Below are positions 19,528-31,073 of a stretch of DNA of 64,000 nt, in pieces; the first letter of the stretch is position 1; each line of letters begins with the position of its first letter. The stretch is taken from positions 2,080,001 through 2,144,000 of the forward strand of contig OY970194.1 in assembly GCA_963708075.1 (NCBI GenBank), written 5' to 3'. The notes under the pieces were generated by a model. It did no database searches, was not told the DNA's origin, and saw nothing but the letters and a program-made list of their open reading frames with translations. The position numbers and the translations under genes were made by a program. The stretch is from Sedimentisphaerales bacterium. Lineage in GTDB: Bacteria > Planctomycetota > Phycisphaerae > Sedimentisphaerales > Anaerobacaceae.

Positions 19528-21672
19528 ATGATTTTGCTCCATCTGGAATCACTTTCCCGACAGACCACGAAGTCCGATCTGCTGGCTTTCCTTGTATCAA
19601 TTGGACAACTGGAGCGTCGCCGTGTAGGACGAATCGATCTGCGGGCCGGTGAGGCCGTAGTCGAAGTCCCCGACGACTGGCAGTGCCGCCTGGTCAAAAC
19701 CCTGGATGGCCAGATGCTTGGGGATCGCCGAGTTCGAGTCTGGGCGGAGAGCCCGCCAAGTTGCGAGGATGCCGGAGGGCATCATTTCGAACGGTTGACC
19801 CGCATGCTCGAATTGGAGAGCCGAGCGCAAGTGCAAGAGGCAACGGAGCGTAGTCGGCGCTTGTCCCCTGCTGACGCGGAACGGACTGGAACAAGCCTGG
19901 TAGACCTGATCGTCGCGGATGAAGATACCGGTCTTGGCGGTCGATATCTCCTGCAACTTATCAAACGCAAGCGTTCCCCGCTGCCGTGGACCCGCTTGGG
20001 CGTGGGCAGTCCCGTCGTGCTTTCACCCGACACAGGCAAGGGTGCAGCCGGACATCGGGGTGTGGTTTGCGAGCGTGCGGAAGGGTTCCTGCGAGTAGCA
20101 CTCGGTAGCATGTCAGACGATCTGGCCGAACATGAGACATGGCGGCTGGACCTTTCCAGCGACGAGATAGCAGTGCAAAGACAACGAGCGGCTCTGCAGC
20201 GGGCACGACTGGCTCGAGCAGAACGTCTGGCGGAGCTGCGGGACATCCTGTTGGGCCAACGGATGCCGGAATTCGACCGCGAGCGAGAGGAACCAGTCCT
20301 CAATCCCGGACTCAACGACACGCAGCGTCAAGCCGTCCAGTTCGCCCTGGCGGCACGCGATGTAGCCCTGATTCATGGACCACCGGGCACCGGCAAGACG
20401 ACCGCCGTCGTGGAACTGATTCGACGAGCGATCCGACGCGGCGAGAAGGTCCTGGCCTGCGCCCCGAGCAATCTGGCCGTAGACAACATCTTCGAGCGGC
20501 TGCTGGCCGCCGGCGAGCGGGCAGTGCGGCTGGGACACCCAGCGCGTGTGATGGCGGATCTTCGCGCTCACACGCTCGATCTGCTGGTGGAGAACCATCC
20601 GGATGTCCGACTGGCTCGCAAACTGGTCAAAGAAGCCATGGGGTTGTTCCGACAGGCAGGCCGCTATACCCGAGCCAAACCATTGCCCGGGCGCGCGCAG
20701 GAGACCCGACAAGAGGCCAGAAACCTGCTGGCCGACGCCCGCCGGCTGGAGGCTCAGGCCGTCGAGCATATCCTCGACACCGCGGATGTCCTGTGTGCGA
20801 CCACAACTGCCCTGGATAGTGACCTTTTAGGCACGCGGCGGTTCGATCTGGGCGTCATCGACGAGGCGTGCCAGAGTACCGAACCGGGGTGCTGGGTCCC
20901 GCTGCAGTGGTGCAATCGGGTGGTACTGGCGGGCGACCATTGCCAGTTGTCCCCAACGGTCGTCAGCCCGGAGGCGGCGGCCGAGGGTTTGGGTGTGAGT
21001 CTGTTCGAGCGGCTGATAGCCCTCCACAGCCGGTCCATAGCCCGCCAACTGACCGTCCAGTATCGAATGCATCAAGCCATCATGAATTTCTCATCGCAGG
21101 AGTTCTACGAGGCGAAACTCCAAGCCGATGCATCGGTGCGCGAACACGTGCTGGCCGGCCTCTCGGGCGTCACCGCCACAGGTCTTACACAGTCGCCGGT
21201 CGAGTTCATCGATACCGCCGGAGCAAGCTTCGACGAGGAGGTTGAACCCGATGGCGAGAGCCGCCTGAATCCAAAGGAGGCAGCTCTTGTATGCCGGAAA
21301 GTCCAGGGACTGCTGGACTGCGGCGTGGCCCCAGGCGATATCGCTGTCATCGCTCCATACGCCGCCCAGGTGCGGCTCCTTCGCGAGCAGTTGTGCATAC
21401 CGGGCTTGGAGATCGACAGCGTGGACGGCTTCCAGGGACGGGAGAAAGAAGCCGTGGTGATTTCGCTCGTGCGATCCAACCCGCAGGCCGAGATCGGTTT
21501 CCTGCAGGACGTGCGACGGATGAACGTGGCCATGACCCGCGCCCGCAGGATGCTGCTGGTGGTCGGCGACAGCGCGACGCTGTCGGCCCATCCGTTCTAT
21601 CGACGGATGATCGAGTACTTCGATGCCCTGGGGGCCTATCGGACAGTGTGGGAAGAGGATAGCGAGATCTGA
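19528..21672 (+). CDS. SF1 helicase (IGHMBP2/Upf1/DNA2-like) with N-terminal DbpA-type RNA-binding domain
   Basis: HGPPGTGKT, APSNLAVDN, IDEACQ, GDHCQL, QYRMH, VDGFQGRE, NVAMTRAR. N-terminal VGRIDL..AVVEVP RRM-like domain. Confidence 0.9.
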   Translation: MILLHLESLSRQTTKSDLLAFLVSIGQLERRRVGRIDLRAGEAVVEVPDDWQCRLVKTLDGQMLGDRRVRVWAESPPSCEDAGGHHFERLTRMLELESRAQVQEATERSRRLSPADAERTGTSLVDLIVADEDTGLGGRYLLQLIKRKRSPLPWTRLGVGSPVVLSPDTGKGAAGHRGVVCERAEGFLRVALGSMSDDLAEHETWRLDLSSDEIAVQRQRAALQRARLARAERLAELRDILLGQRMPEFDREREEPVLNPGLNDTQRQAVQFALAARDVALIHGPPGTGKTTAVVELIRRAIRRGEKVLACAPSNLAVDNIFERLLAAGERAVRLGHPARVMADLRAHTLDLLVENHPDVRLARKLVKEAMGLFRQAGRYTRAKPLPGRAQETRQEARNLLADARRLEAQAVEHILDTADVLCATTTALDSDLLGTRRFDLGVIDEACQSTEPGCWVPLQWCNRVVLAGDHCQLSPTVVSPEAAAEGLGVSLFERLIALHSRSIARQLTVQYRMHQAIMNFSSQEFYEAKLQADASVREHVLAGLSGVTATGLTQSPVEFIDTAGASFDEEVEPDGESRLNPKEAALVCRKVQGLLDCGVAPGDIAVIAPYAAQVRLLREQLCIPGLEIDSVDGFQGREKEAVVISLVRSNPQAEIGFLQDVRRMNVAMTRARRMLLVVGDSATLSAHPFYRRMIEYFDALGAYRTVWEEDSEI

Positions 21673-21679
21673 CGCTGCA

Positions 21680-21962
21680 GGAACTTGCCGGAGCCCGTCT
21701 GGAGCAGGTGACACCGAAGGTCAAAGCGGACCGGGCGACTGGCCGGTGGAATACCTTCCACATAGTCACAAGGGGCGACCGCCTGACAGTTGCGCTCAAC
21801 GGACAACGAGTCATCGACGACGCTCAGTTGCCTGGTATCCCGCATCGCGGTCCGATCGCGCTGCAGCATCATGGTGATCGCAAGGATGGGGAATGGGGAG
21901 CATCCTTCCTCCAGTTCCGTCGCATATTCATCAAGGCGTTGGATCAGCCGCATGGCCGGTGA
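21680..21962 (+). pseudogene. C-terminal fragment of a DUF1080 (3-keto-disaccharide hydrolase) protein
   Basis: GRWNTFHIVTRGDRLTVALNGQRVI..GPIALQHHG..LQFRRIFIK; the N-terminal half is absent. Confidence 0.75.
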
Positions 21963-22018
21963 GACACCAGTGGTGCCGCCCGGAAACGATTGACACATCC
22001 CGGCCTATTTCAGCTCGG

Positions 22019-23530
22019 TCAGGGATTGGTCAAACGGTAGCTGACGAAGGCGAGCCGACGGCTATCGGGCGACCAGGAAGGCACATTGAGGGTGCCCTGG
22101 CCGCCGAAGAGGTTGGCCAGGACTCGGCTCTCGCCTCCGTCTGTCGGCTTGAGCCGTAGCAGCACATCTTTGTTCGCCGGATGCCCCTGCACCTCTTTTT
22201 CGTACGACAGAAAGACGATCCAGCGGCCATCGGGCGAAGGATGCGGGAACCAGTTGTTGTATTCGTCGGAGGTGACCTGCTGCTGCTCGCTGCCGTCGGC
22301 CTTCATGCGCCAGATCTGCATCGTGCCCGTGCGGATGGAATTGAAGTAGATGTACCGGCCATCGGGCGAATAATCGGGGCCATCGTCCAAGCCCGGGGCG
22401 GTTGTCAGGCGCGTTTCTTCGCCGCCCTCGACCCCAATGGTGTAGACATCATACTCCCCGTCGCGCTCGGCGCAGTAGGCCAGCGTCTTGCCGTCCGGAG
22501 ACCAACCGTGCCAGTAGGACGGGCCCAGACGCGTGACCCGGCGGGGCGTCCCCCCTGCGACCGGCACGAGGTAGATGAGCGACTTGCCGCCTTCCTGGGA
22601 CTGGTCGCTGATCGCCAGTTGCGTGCCGTCGGGTGAGAGGCCATGGTCGTTGTTGATACCCGTGGCGAACCCGGTGTCGATCTGTTTCGGCTCGCCGGCT
22701 TCGACGGGCAGAGAGTAGACACGACCATCCCGATTGAACAGGAGGTGTTTCCCGTCCCGTGACCAGTTCGGTGCTTCGATGTGGCTGCGCGTGTGGTACA
22801 CGACACGGCGGTCTCCGGAAGCGATCGGTACGATCTCCAACGTGCTCTCCAGCACAGGTTCTCCGGCCGTACGGGCCCCGCCACGAATGATCTCGACGTT
22901 CAAGAATGCAGCTTTCTCCGACACTTTGTTGTCGTGGGCGCAGACGCCCAGCCCGACGAAGAAGGGCTCCATGAAGCGGATCTTGAACGAACCGCCCGCC
23001 GCATGAAGGGGCTCGTTTTCACCAGCGATCGACATGGAGACAAAGTCGCCCTGCTTCTCGATGCGGATCCTGCGTGGCGCGGTGACATTGGACTGAATCT
23101 CGCGAGTGACACCGCCCGGCACTTGCCGATATTGAAGCGAGGTGAGGCCGTCACCATGAACGACCGCATCGGCATAAGCAGACTTGGGATCAAGGCTCTG
23201 ACGAATGAGCAGACACGCCTTGCGATGGGCGTTGCCACCAGTGCCGATCCAGCGAATGTCCGCTGCCAAGGAGACATCGCCCGACATCCGCTTCCAGACG
23301 AAGTGCAGCGCGTCTTCGCCAAACCACATATTCTCTCCGCCGCCGGCAACGAGATAGCTCTGCGGCCCGGCGTCATAGGCGACCGAGCCCGGCACGCCCA
23401 CGGCACCGATGTCACTATGACCCTCGAACAGGCCAAGCGGCGTCTCCTGGCACCAGACGGCTGTGCTTGGAAGGAGGCAACTCAGACTCAGAAGAACCAC
23501 GAACTTTGGGGCACGATCACTCATGAACAT
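22019..23530 (-). CDS. Exported TolB-like (PD40/WD40) beta-propeller protein
   Basis: Signal peptide; repeated [35 protein letters not shown]. Confidence 0.88.
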   Translation of the reverse strand: MFMSDRAPKFVVLLSLSCLLPSTAVWCQETPLGLFEGHSDIGAVGVPGSVAYDAGPQSYLVAGGGENMWFGEDALHFVWKRMSGDVSLAADIRWIGTGGNAHRKACLLIRQSLDPKSAYADAVVHGDGLTSLQYRQVPGGVTREIQSNVTAPRRIRIEKQGDFVSMSIAGENEPLHAAGGSFKIRFMEPFFVGLGVCAHDNKVSEKAAFLNVEIIRGGARTAGEPVLESTLEIVPIASGDRRVVYHTRSHIEAPNWSRDGKHLLFNRDGRVYSLPVEAGEPKQIDTGFATGINNDHGLSPDGTQLAISDQSQEGGKSLIYLVPVAGGTPRRVTRLGPSYWHGWSPDGKTLAYCAERDGEYDVYTIGVEGGEETRLTTAPGLDDGPDYSPDGRYIYFNSIRTGTMQIWRMKADGSEQQQVTSDEYNNWFPHPSPDGRWIVFLSYEKEVQGHPANKDVLLRLKPTDGGESRVLANLFGGQGTLNVPSWSPDSRRLAFVSYRLTNP

Positions 23531-23653
23531 ACACTTTCACCTACAGGTCGGATCTCTACTGACAATGGTCTTGGCTCTGTTGCTGATACTATCAGAGGCA
23601 GAGGCACAGAACACAGGGTCTTTGCCCACGGGACATGGGCCCGAAGCGCCGCG

Positions 23654-26593
23654 TCATTGCGAACCGGGATGCCCATAACGGATGTCGTCGATGTAGACCA
23701 GACCGGCAGCGCCGGAGGCCGGCTTGCCCTTGTCCCCAATACCGATGGCTATCTTCGTGATACTATCGATCTTGACACCCGCCGAGCGCAGATCGCTTAG
23801 CGCAATGTTCCAGGCCGTCCACGCCCCTGTTGTCAGCGCGTAGGGATCGGGGTGAGACACGTTAGCCCGGTGACCGCTGCTGTCCTCGATTGTGACGTAG
23901 AATGTGTCCGGCAGGTTTCCTGTCGGCTGATCAACACCCAGGGATACCGACTTCCAGTCGCCGGTCACATTGCCGGTCGTGGCGATATTCGAGAACTCCG
24001 CCTGCGTAGCGACGCCGGCGACATGGCTGGTCACAGCCAGGCCAATGTACACATCGGCGCCGAGCGCAAGCGTCTGCGGATTCCACGGGCTGGCGATCCA
24101 GGTTGTCGGTGCTTCACTGGCGGCATAGTAGGCGTTGAATTGATCACCCTTGCGCTCCAGCTTGATCCAGACCGGCGCCCGAACGGCGATCTGCGCGGCC
24201 GTTGCTATCGTCGAGTCACTGGCCCCGGTGCCGGCAGGGGCTGCCCGCGTCTGAAAACGGAAACCATTGCCGGGAGCGTACACCGACAGGGCCCACCTCG
24301 CGCTTGCGTCGAGGCTCTGGCGAATCATCACGCCGGCCTTGGCCCAGGGGTCAGTCGCCCCGATGCGATCAACGCGGGCAACGATTGCGCCATCGCCGGA
24401 GAGCTGCTTGTAGACGAATCGGCCCTGGTCGGGCGTGCTGAAGATGTCCGTGCCCATGCCATTCATCAGGACGTGGGTGGGGGACAATTCCAGGAATCCG
24501 ACGGGCACACCACAGAAGTGCAGGGTCAGGGTATCGGCCCCGTTGCTCGCCCAGTTCTGGATCGTCTTCCAGGTCCGTTGGGCCTCGGAATACTGGACCA
24601 TGGTGTTGTCATAAGACAGGGGCATGGCCTGTTTGCCGCCGTGGACAATGGTCGTCTCCATGATGTCACCCTGCTGGGGATCGTAGCCGGCCGTCGAGCC
24701 GCTGCCATTGCCGCCATCGCCCTTGGGGAAGAACTCATCGGCAGAGAAGCCCATGCCGTCGATCCATGTCTGGAAGACCCGGTTCGGCGAGTCGTTGGTA
24801 TAGCTCTCGAAGTCGTCGATCACCAGGTGATTCGTTGTCGTAAAGCTCCAGACGTCACCCGCCCACAAACCGGGGTTGGCGACGTCGTTGACCTCATCGA
24901 CCCGCCAGTAGTATGTTGTGCCAAGGTCAAGATCCAAGGGGCTGAAGCTGTTCTCGTTCACCGCGGCAGTGGGCGCGACGCCACTCGTCACAGCCTGCTT
25001 ATTGTCGCTTACATATACGTTGTGCTTCGCAGCTTCTCTTCCTGCTCTCCAGCCGAGCGTCACATCTACGGCAGCGTCGGTCGCCCCAATTGCCGGATCG
25101 GGCTTTCTTGCGGAAACAGGGATCGCCATGAAGCGGACCTCGCTCAGGCCGTACTGGCTGAACAAACCACCGCTCCAATTGCTGTTGGCACTTATCTTGA
25201 CATACTTGGCAACTACGCTGCCGAGATTGATCATGCTATGGGCATAACCTCCAGTTCCTGGTGCTTTGGGAAATTCCATCGTGTCGCCCAGCGGTGTCCA
25301 GTTGACACCATCCATGGAATGTTCAATGGTGACGGCCCTGAGTCCGCAGATGGCATTCAAACCTTCCCCATTGTAGTTCCATACCAACATCTCGTGTAGC
25401 TTATAAGCTCGGTCGAATTCGTACTGAATCCAGACAGGCCCCTTGTCGCTCTGGCTGGAAAGCCACATATCTGAAAGTCCGGTTGAGTGCAGTTCATTCA
25501 CCAGACCCGACTTGTTGACAGTATTCTCGGGGCCTTGGCCCGGCCCCTGGCTGGAAGCCGTCGCCGTAATGTTATCGATTGGGATCGCAAACGATTCGAC
25601 CCTGAAGCTCCATATGTTGCCCTTGGACACTGTGGTGTTCGGCGGAGCGCCGATTGTATCGACTCTCCAGAAGCAGGTCTGACCGAATTCGAGACGGCCG
25701 GGGGTAAACATGTTGACTTCCACGCCTGGGCCGACGAGAAGCGGGCTTGTAGTATCGGCATTTTTGACATTGTCCGCGTTCGTTCCGAAGTACACGTTAT
25801 GCCGGTCGGCAGATTCCCCCGGCATCCAGCCAAGAGTCACATCTCGCGGCACGTCTACTGCCCCGGTAGCCGGAGCTGGTCCGGACGCCAGTCCCGACGG
25901 CGGCCCCTGCATGACCTGCAGAATCTCCTGCCGCGTCAGAGCCCGATTGTATAGGCGGACATCGTCAATCATCCCCTTGAAGTTGTTATTGGAGTTGAGA
26001 CGACCGCCAATGGTAAGCGATAGATTATTCTGCTGGAGTTTGCCTGAAGCAGCCACCCGGGCGACTTCCTCTCCATTCTTGTAAAGAATGAGGGCACTGC
26101 CGTCGTAGGTGAAACACAGGTGAGCCCATTGCCCCGGGAAATTCGTGAGTCTCGGCTTAGTATTGAACTGAGCCGAAGCACTGATGTTCGCATATATCGT
26201 CTGAGAGTTACCGTCGTATTGGAGGCAGTAGGGATAGTACCCTGACTTTTGCTTGATGAAGAATTTGGTGTCTTCCAGTTGCACGGCTTCGGGATTGGCC
26301 CACAGGGCCACCGAGACAGCATCTTCCAGATGGAAATCGGCATGGTCCGGGATTTCCACTTTACTCACACCGTCGAATTTGAGGGCTCCGGCATATTTGC
26401 CTTCCACCCATGCAGGATTGCCGGCGACGAATGATCCGTCATGCCCTCCGCCCGAAGAATCCGCTACCGTGCTACCTGCACCCTCATCCAGCGTCCACCA
26501 GCCGACAAGGCCGGGTTCACCAGCGTTAGCCCCGACCGTCAGGAGCAGGACAAAGAGAAGTGAAATAGGATGATTTATTTTACGGTTCATCAT
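23654..26593 (-). CDS. Exported LamG-like jellyroll / discoidin (F5/8 type C) multidomain protein
   Basis: Signal peptide; LVGWWTLDEG..IDDVRLYNRAL; WIQYEFD..GLSEVRF; YWRVDEVN repeats. Confidence 0.88.
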   Translation of the reverse strand: MMNRKINHPISLLFVLLLTVGANAGEPGLVGWWTLDEGAGSTVADSSGGGHDGSFVAGNPAWVEGKYAGALKFDGVSKVEIPDHADFHLEDAVSVALWANPEAVQLEDTKFFIKQKSGYYPYCLQYDGNSQTIYANISASAQFNTKPRLTNFPGQWAHLCFTYDGSALILYKNGEEVARVAASGKLQQNNLSLTIGGRLNSNNNFKGMIDDVRLYNRALTRQEILQVMQGPPSGLASGPAPATGAVDVPRDVTLGWMPGESADRHNVYFGTNADNVKNADTTSPLLVGPGVEVNMFTPGRLEFGQTCFWRVDTIGAPPNTTVSKGNIWSFRVESFAIPIDNITATASSQGPGQGPENTVNKSGLVNELHSTGLSDMWLSSQSDKGPVWIQYEFDRAYKLHEMLVWNYNGEGLNAICGLRAVTIEHSMDGVNWTPLGDTMEFPKAPGTGGYAHSMINLGSVVAKYVKISANSNWSGGLFSQYGLSEVRFMAIPVSARKPDPAIGATDAAVDVTLGWRAGREAAKHNVYVSDNKQAVTSGVAPTAAVNENSFSPLDLDLGTTYYWRVDEVNDVANPGLWAGDVWSFTTTNHLVIDDFESYTNDSPNRVFQTWIDGMGFSADEFFPKGDGGNGSGSTAGYDPQQGDIMETTIVHGGKQAMPLSYDNTMVQYSEAQRTWKTIQNWASNGADTLTLHFCGVPVGFLELSPTHVLMNGMGTDIFSTPDQGRFVYKQLSGDGAIVARVDRIGATDPWAKAGVMIRQSLDASARWALSVYAPGNGFRFQTRAAPAGTGASDSTIATAAQIAVRAPVWIKLERKGDQFNAYYAASEAPTTWIASPWNPQTLALGADVYIGLAVTSHVAGVATQAEFSNIATTGNVTGDWKSVSLGVDQPTGNLPDTFYVTIEDSSGHRANVSHPDPYALTTGAWTAWNIALSDLRSAGVKIDSITKIAIGIGDKGKPASGAAGLVYIDDIRYGHPGSQ

Positions 26594-27094
26594 AACCCTC
26601 CTTCACAATCCAGAGTCATGTCACGCTGATATTCGCTATGTCATCTTTTGAGATGCTGATTGGTCGCTGGAAAGACGCTTCTTGAATTCGCATCACCCAC
26701 TTCTTGATAGTTCCTCATGGACACAGTGTCGATGGACACATAAAAGGTGGCTGGTCAACCTTATACCTTGATCAGGCCCATCCATCTGTTCTTGTACCAC
26801 ATTCAGCACTCAGACACAACCGCATTCCTCATCGTCGGAGCGTCGAACCCTGATTCCGACTTGACCATTCCCCGAGGAACGATTACGGTGATCTAAGCCT
26901 CCTCTGAGGCCTGATCCGTGGGCTGCGCTGGGTGTGCCTGAAATCAGCTCGTGTGGCCTGCACAGCCCGGAACCATCCTTGAAGGGCGGGTGGCGGCTAC
27001 GATCGAGGGCCGGCGGGTGCCGCTGCTATTGCGACGCGTCTTCCACTCGGACTCCACCGGCCCGGACCAACCATGAGGCAACAACAAGGGGAAT

Positions 27095-30000
27095 ATGAAA
27101 AGAATGAAGCCTTTTCTGCGTACAGGACGACCCGATTGTTGGTTCGCCGTTGTGTCGTGTTTGCTCGTTGGATGGATTACCGGCGCCGCAGCCGGTGTGA
27201 GCCGGACACAGCATTACCAACCCCCGGTGACACATCGTCTGGTTAAGACGATCAATCGCGACTGGACATTCAACTACTTCCCGGACCCGACAGCAGACGC
27301 CGCCGGCTGCCAGACGCCGACCTTCGACGACTCCAACTGGACCGCCGTTGCCGTGCCGCACACGTGGCAGACGTATGAGACCACCGGCAAGGTACACCCG
27401 TTCATCCACGACGCTTCCGAGAAGGATGATCCATACTGGTGGCGAGGCTGGGGTTGGTATCGCAAGCATTTCTCCATCGCCCAGGGACAAGCAGGCCGCA
27501 AGATCTTCGTCGAGTTTGATGCTGTGCAGAAATACTGCAAAGTCTGGATCAACGGCCAATTGGCCGGCGACCACAAGGGTGGCTACAGCGGCTTCTACTT
27601 CGATGTCACGGACCTGGTCCATTTCGGGCGGGACAATGTCCTGGCCGTAGCCGTCAACAACCGCCAGAATGACCCATTCCGTACCCCGCCGATGAGCGCA
27701 GGCAACTTCGACGTGTACGGGGGCATCTACCGCGATGTACGCATCGTGATCAAGGACCGGCTTCATATCCCGTTCCAGGGCTCCTACAGGCATCAGGGAG
27801 GCACGTTCGTGACGACACCAAGCGTCTCGCAGGAGGCGGCTGAGGTACGCATCCGAACGTGGGTCAGGAACGACAGCCCAACCGCTCAGGAGTGTGAGCT
27901 GCACACGATCATTGTGGACGCCGAAGGCACGGAGGTACAACGGCTGACCGCCACGAAGTCCATGCAGCCGGGCGAGTTGGCGGAGTTCGATCAGATGAAT
28001 CGACCTATCGCCCATCCGCACCTCTGGTCGCCGGAGACACCGTACGTGTACAGGGTCGTTTCCGAGGTCTGCCAAGCCGGCGAGGCGGTAGACTGTTTCG
28101 AGAGCCCGCTGGGCATCCGTGAATTCAAGTGGGATCACAGCAGTAATCGCCTTATTTTGAACGACAGGAAGGTCATCATTCACGGCAGCAACCGCCACCA
28201 GGAATACCCCTGGCTCGGCGACGCGACCCCCAAGTGGCTTCACTTGCTCGACATGCGGGACTTCCGCTTCAATCTGAGCCACAACTTCATGCGCACGGCT
28301 CACTATCCGCAAGACCCGGCCATCTACGATTTCTGCGACCGTTATGGCATCATCGTGATTGAGGAGGTTCCCAACATCAAGCGGCAGAAGTTCTCCGACG
28401 ACGTGCAGGAGCAGCAACTGCGCGAGATGATCCGGCGCGACCGCAACCACCCGTCAATCTTCTTCTGGAGCATGGGCAATGAAACCGACGATGCCGTGGA
28501 TTCGAAGTATGCCCTCGAGGAAGACACGACCCGCCTGATCCATGCCCGCGACATCTCCAACGATTCGGCCGGGAAGCACGTCCAGACTACGTCGGACCAG
28601 TTGGCGCTGGAGTCGCTGCTGCGATGCACGATTCGAGGCTGGTACAACTCCGACGTGCGCGATCTGGAGCCGCAGGACCAGCAGCAAACCGGTACTGAGG
28701 AGTGGCAGCATGACCGGAATGCTGCCGAGATTGTCAAGCGTAACCAAGGCCGTACGCCCGACGATCGCGCCAATATCAGCACCTGGCTCTATGAGGACCA
28801 CGGCGCCGACCGCGAGTACGCCAACGCCCCGCTCAAATATGTCAATCCCAAGGGCTTCGTGGATTGCTGGCGCACGCCAAAATACTTCTATTATCTGTGG
28901 CAAGCGTTTTATGCCGACAGGCCGATGGTGTTCATTCATCCCCATTTCTGGCGTTCGCAGTATCTCGGGCAGAAGAAGGAAATCGTGGTGAACTCGAATT
29001 GTGACATGGTAGAGCTCAAGGTCAACGGACGCAGCGTGGGCACGCTGAGGCCGCGTTTTGAGGAGGCCAACGTTGTTCGCTTCAAAGACGTCCCGATCGA
29101 ACGGGGTGTGCTCACTGTTGAAGGAAAGAAGGACGGGCAAACATCGACGGCGACGGTCGCTATGACGGGGCCGCCCGCGCGTTTGACACTTACGGCCAAC
29201 CCCGGTGCGTTCGAGGCGGGACTGGATTCCGTAGCGCTCGTCCGGGCCGATATCGTGGACAGCGAAGGCAACCATGTCTATGGCGCGACCAACGCCATCC
29301 GGTGGTCGGTCTCCGGTCCGGCCACGCTCGTCGGTCCTCCGGTCTATTCCACCGATATCGACAAGTATGAAGCGACGGAGGGCACGATGTATATTGACGC
29401 ACCGGTCTTCAATATTATCCGCTCGGCCGGCAAACCAGGCGCGATCGAGGTGCGCGTCCTTTCCCCCGGCCTGGCTTCAGTGGAGGTCCGTATTACCGCC
29501 ACCGCGGCGCCCACCGACACGTCCAGCGCCATCGTTGAGCCGGCGTTGCCGGAAGCCAACCGCCTGCCCGTCGTGAGGAGAGGCGGCCCCGTCAAGCACA
29601 GCCAAGCCGTTGTGCAGGAGATGACCGGTGTTTCGGAAGACCTCAGGCTGGGCACCGCGAACCTTGAAGGCTACACCCGCCAGATCGACAGGTTCCTGCG
29701 AGAAAAGAATCCCACGCTTGACTTTGCCGGCCCCGAGTACCAGGCGGTGGTTTCCACTCTCGCCGGGCTGCTGCAGAACAACCGCGGCCACCTCGTCCGT
29801 GACGACTTCAATTTTACCGTCGGCTTCTACAATGACTGCCGCCAGATCACTCGTGAGATTGCCACGCTGAGAGTACCTGCATCGTTCAAGCGGGTGCTGC
29901 GGGAGCACTACGCCCATGTGATTATCGAGCACGGCGAGGCCAGAGACTATGAGGTCGAGGCGCGGTGGCTTGCCTCGCTGCCCGCAGGAAAGCTGGTTGC

Positions 30001-30334
30001 GGCTGGCGTGGCCGGCGACCCCTTGCGCGAGCCGGACGTGCTCTATACCGATCAGTCTGACCTTGTGGCAATGGTGGCCGTTGCTGTACCGGGATTCGGG
30101 GACCTGGACACGGACCGTCAGGCGGCATTACTCGATGTCGTTTGTGCCCTCAACCCGTCTGTCGAGCGCAAGGTTATCCGCACCGGAGGCGAGAAGGTGG
30201 ACGGAGTTCGGCAGAAGACAATCGAGACGATCCGCTATGAAATTGTGAGAGGTCGACCAATCCTCGTCCCCAGCATGGAATACCTGGAGGCGGCGGTTCG
30301 CACGGCCGAGAAGACCGCCAGAACCAAGAAGTAG
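27095..30334 (+). CDS. Glycoside hydrolase family 2 (beta-galactosidase-like), exported
   Basis: GWYRKHF, GGIYRDV, GSNRHQ, RTAHYPQ, RDRNHPSIFFWSMGNE. Confidence 0.9.
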   Translation: MKRMKPFLRTGRPDCWFAVVSCLLVGWITGAAAGVSRTQHYQPPVTHRLVKTINRDWTFNYFPDPTADAAGCQTPTFDDSNWTAVAVPHTWQTYETTGKVHPFIHDASEKDDPYWWRGWGWYRKHFSIAQGQAGRKIFVEFDAVQKYCKVWINGQLAGDHKGGYSGFYFDVTDLVHFGRDNVLAVAVNNRQNDPFRTPPMSAGNFDVYGGIYRDVRIVIKDRLHIPFQGSYRHQGGTFVTTPSVSQEAAEVRIRTWVRNDSPTAQECELHTIIVDAEGTEVQRLTATKSMQPGELAEFDQMNRPIAHPHLWSPETPYVYRVVSEVCQAGEAVDCFESPLGIREFKWDHSSNRLILNDRKVIIHGSNRHQEYPWLGDATPKWLHLLDMRDFRFNLSHNFMRTAHYPQDPAIYDFCDRYGIIVIEEVPNIKRQKFSDDVQEQQLREMIRRDRNHPSIFFWSMGNETDDAVDSKYALEEDTTRLIHARDISNDSAGKHVQTTSDQLALESLLRCTIRGWYNSDVRDLEPQDQQQTGTEEWQHDRNAAEIVKRNQGRTPDDRANISTWLYEDHGADREYANAPLKYVNPKGFVDCWRTPKYFYYLWQAFYADRPMVFIHPHFWRSQYLGQKKEIVVNSNCDMVELKVNGRSVGTLRPRFEEANVVRFKDVPIERGVLTVEGKKDGQTSTATVAMTGPPARLTLTANPGAFEAGLDSVALVRADIVDSEGNHVYGATNAIRWSVSGPATLVGPPVYSTDIDKYEATEGTMYIDAPVFNIIRSAGKPGAIEVRVLSPGLASVEVRITATAAPTDTSSAIVEPALPEANRLPVVRRGGPVKHSQAVVQEMTGVSEDLRLGTANLEGYTRQIDRFLREKNPTLDFAGPEYQAVVSTLAGLLQNNRGHLVRDDFNFTVGFYNDCRQITREIATLRVPASFKRVLREHYAHVIIEHGEARDYEVEARWLASLPAGKLVAAGVAGDPLREPDVLYTDQSDLVAMVAVAVPGFGDLDTDRQAALLDVVCALNPSVERKVIRTGGEKVDGVRQKTIETIRYEIVRGRPILVPSMEYLEAAVRTAEKTARTKK

Positions 30335-30452
30335 TCCACGGAAGGGAAGTACCGACCTCGAAGAGCAGATATCTGAACTGCCAGGCGTCCCCATGAAGAT
30401 TGGAGGGGTTGCGGAGGTATTCACAGCAGTTGATTGCCTGCCGGCTTGGGCA

Positions 30453-31073
30453 TCAGGGCGTGAGCTCGACGCCACACCAGTAACGAGAAGTGTTCTCATC
30501 CCACGCCAGCCAATCGGCCCGGCCGTCGAAGAACAGGTTATTGCACCCTTTGTTCCGATGCCGGTCGCGGGCGACCCGCCGCGTCAGGTTGCTGCCCTTC
30601 GTCTCCTGGTCCGATGTGGCCATATGCGCGGTTGACCAGACGTCCAGATAGTTGAACTTGGTAAAGATATCCAACTCATATCGGTTCCGGACCACCGGCC
30701 GCCAGTTGCCTGCTTCGTTGTCTGCCAGGTAGATCCGTTCCGCCGGAGACTTGATCTTGCCAAGCTTGGTCGGCCCATCCGTCTGCTTTCCCTTGTCGCT
30801 GCTCGTAAGGCTCGGATTGTCCATGTCCCAGGCATTCACGACGTAGTCCACCGTCTGGTCTGCATTGCTATAGCCGTTGTCCCCGAATCCATCCCGCGGA
30901 AAAGATGGGCACTGGTAGACCTTGACTTTCCGGTAATCCTGGATCTTCGCGTAGTCATTGCCCAGGTATGGGATGAATACGAGAATCCACTTCGCCGTAG
31001 GTCTGAACCACACCCTCGGCCACGGCTCCGTCGCTTGTCCAGGACGGCCGTAGTCGCTCCTCTCACCTCTCCC
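30453..31073 (-). pseudogene. 5'-truncated prepilin-type / H-X9-DG-CTERM (DUF1559-like) protein
   Basis: VYQCPS..DYVVN..RHRNKGCNNLFFDGRADW. The frame begins directly after the GH57 stop codon and lacks the N-methylation leader. Confidence 0.7.
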
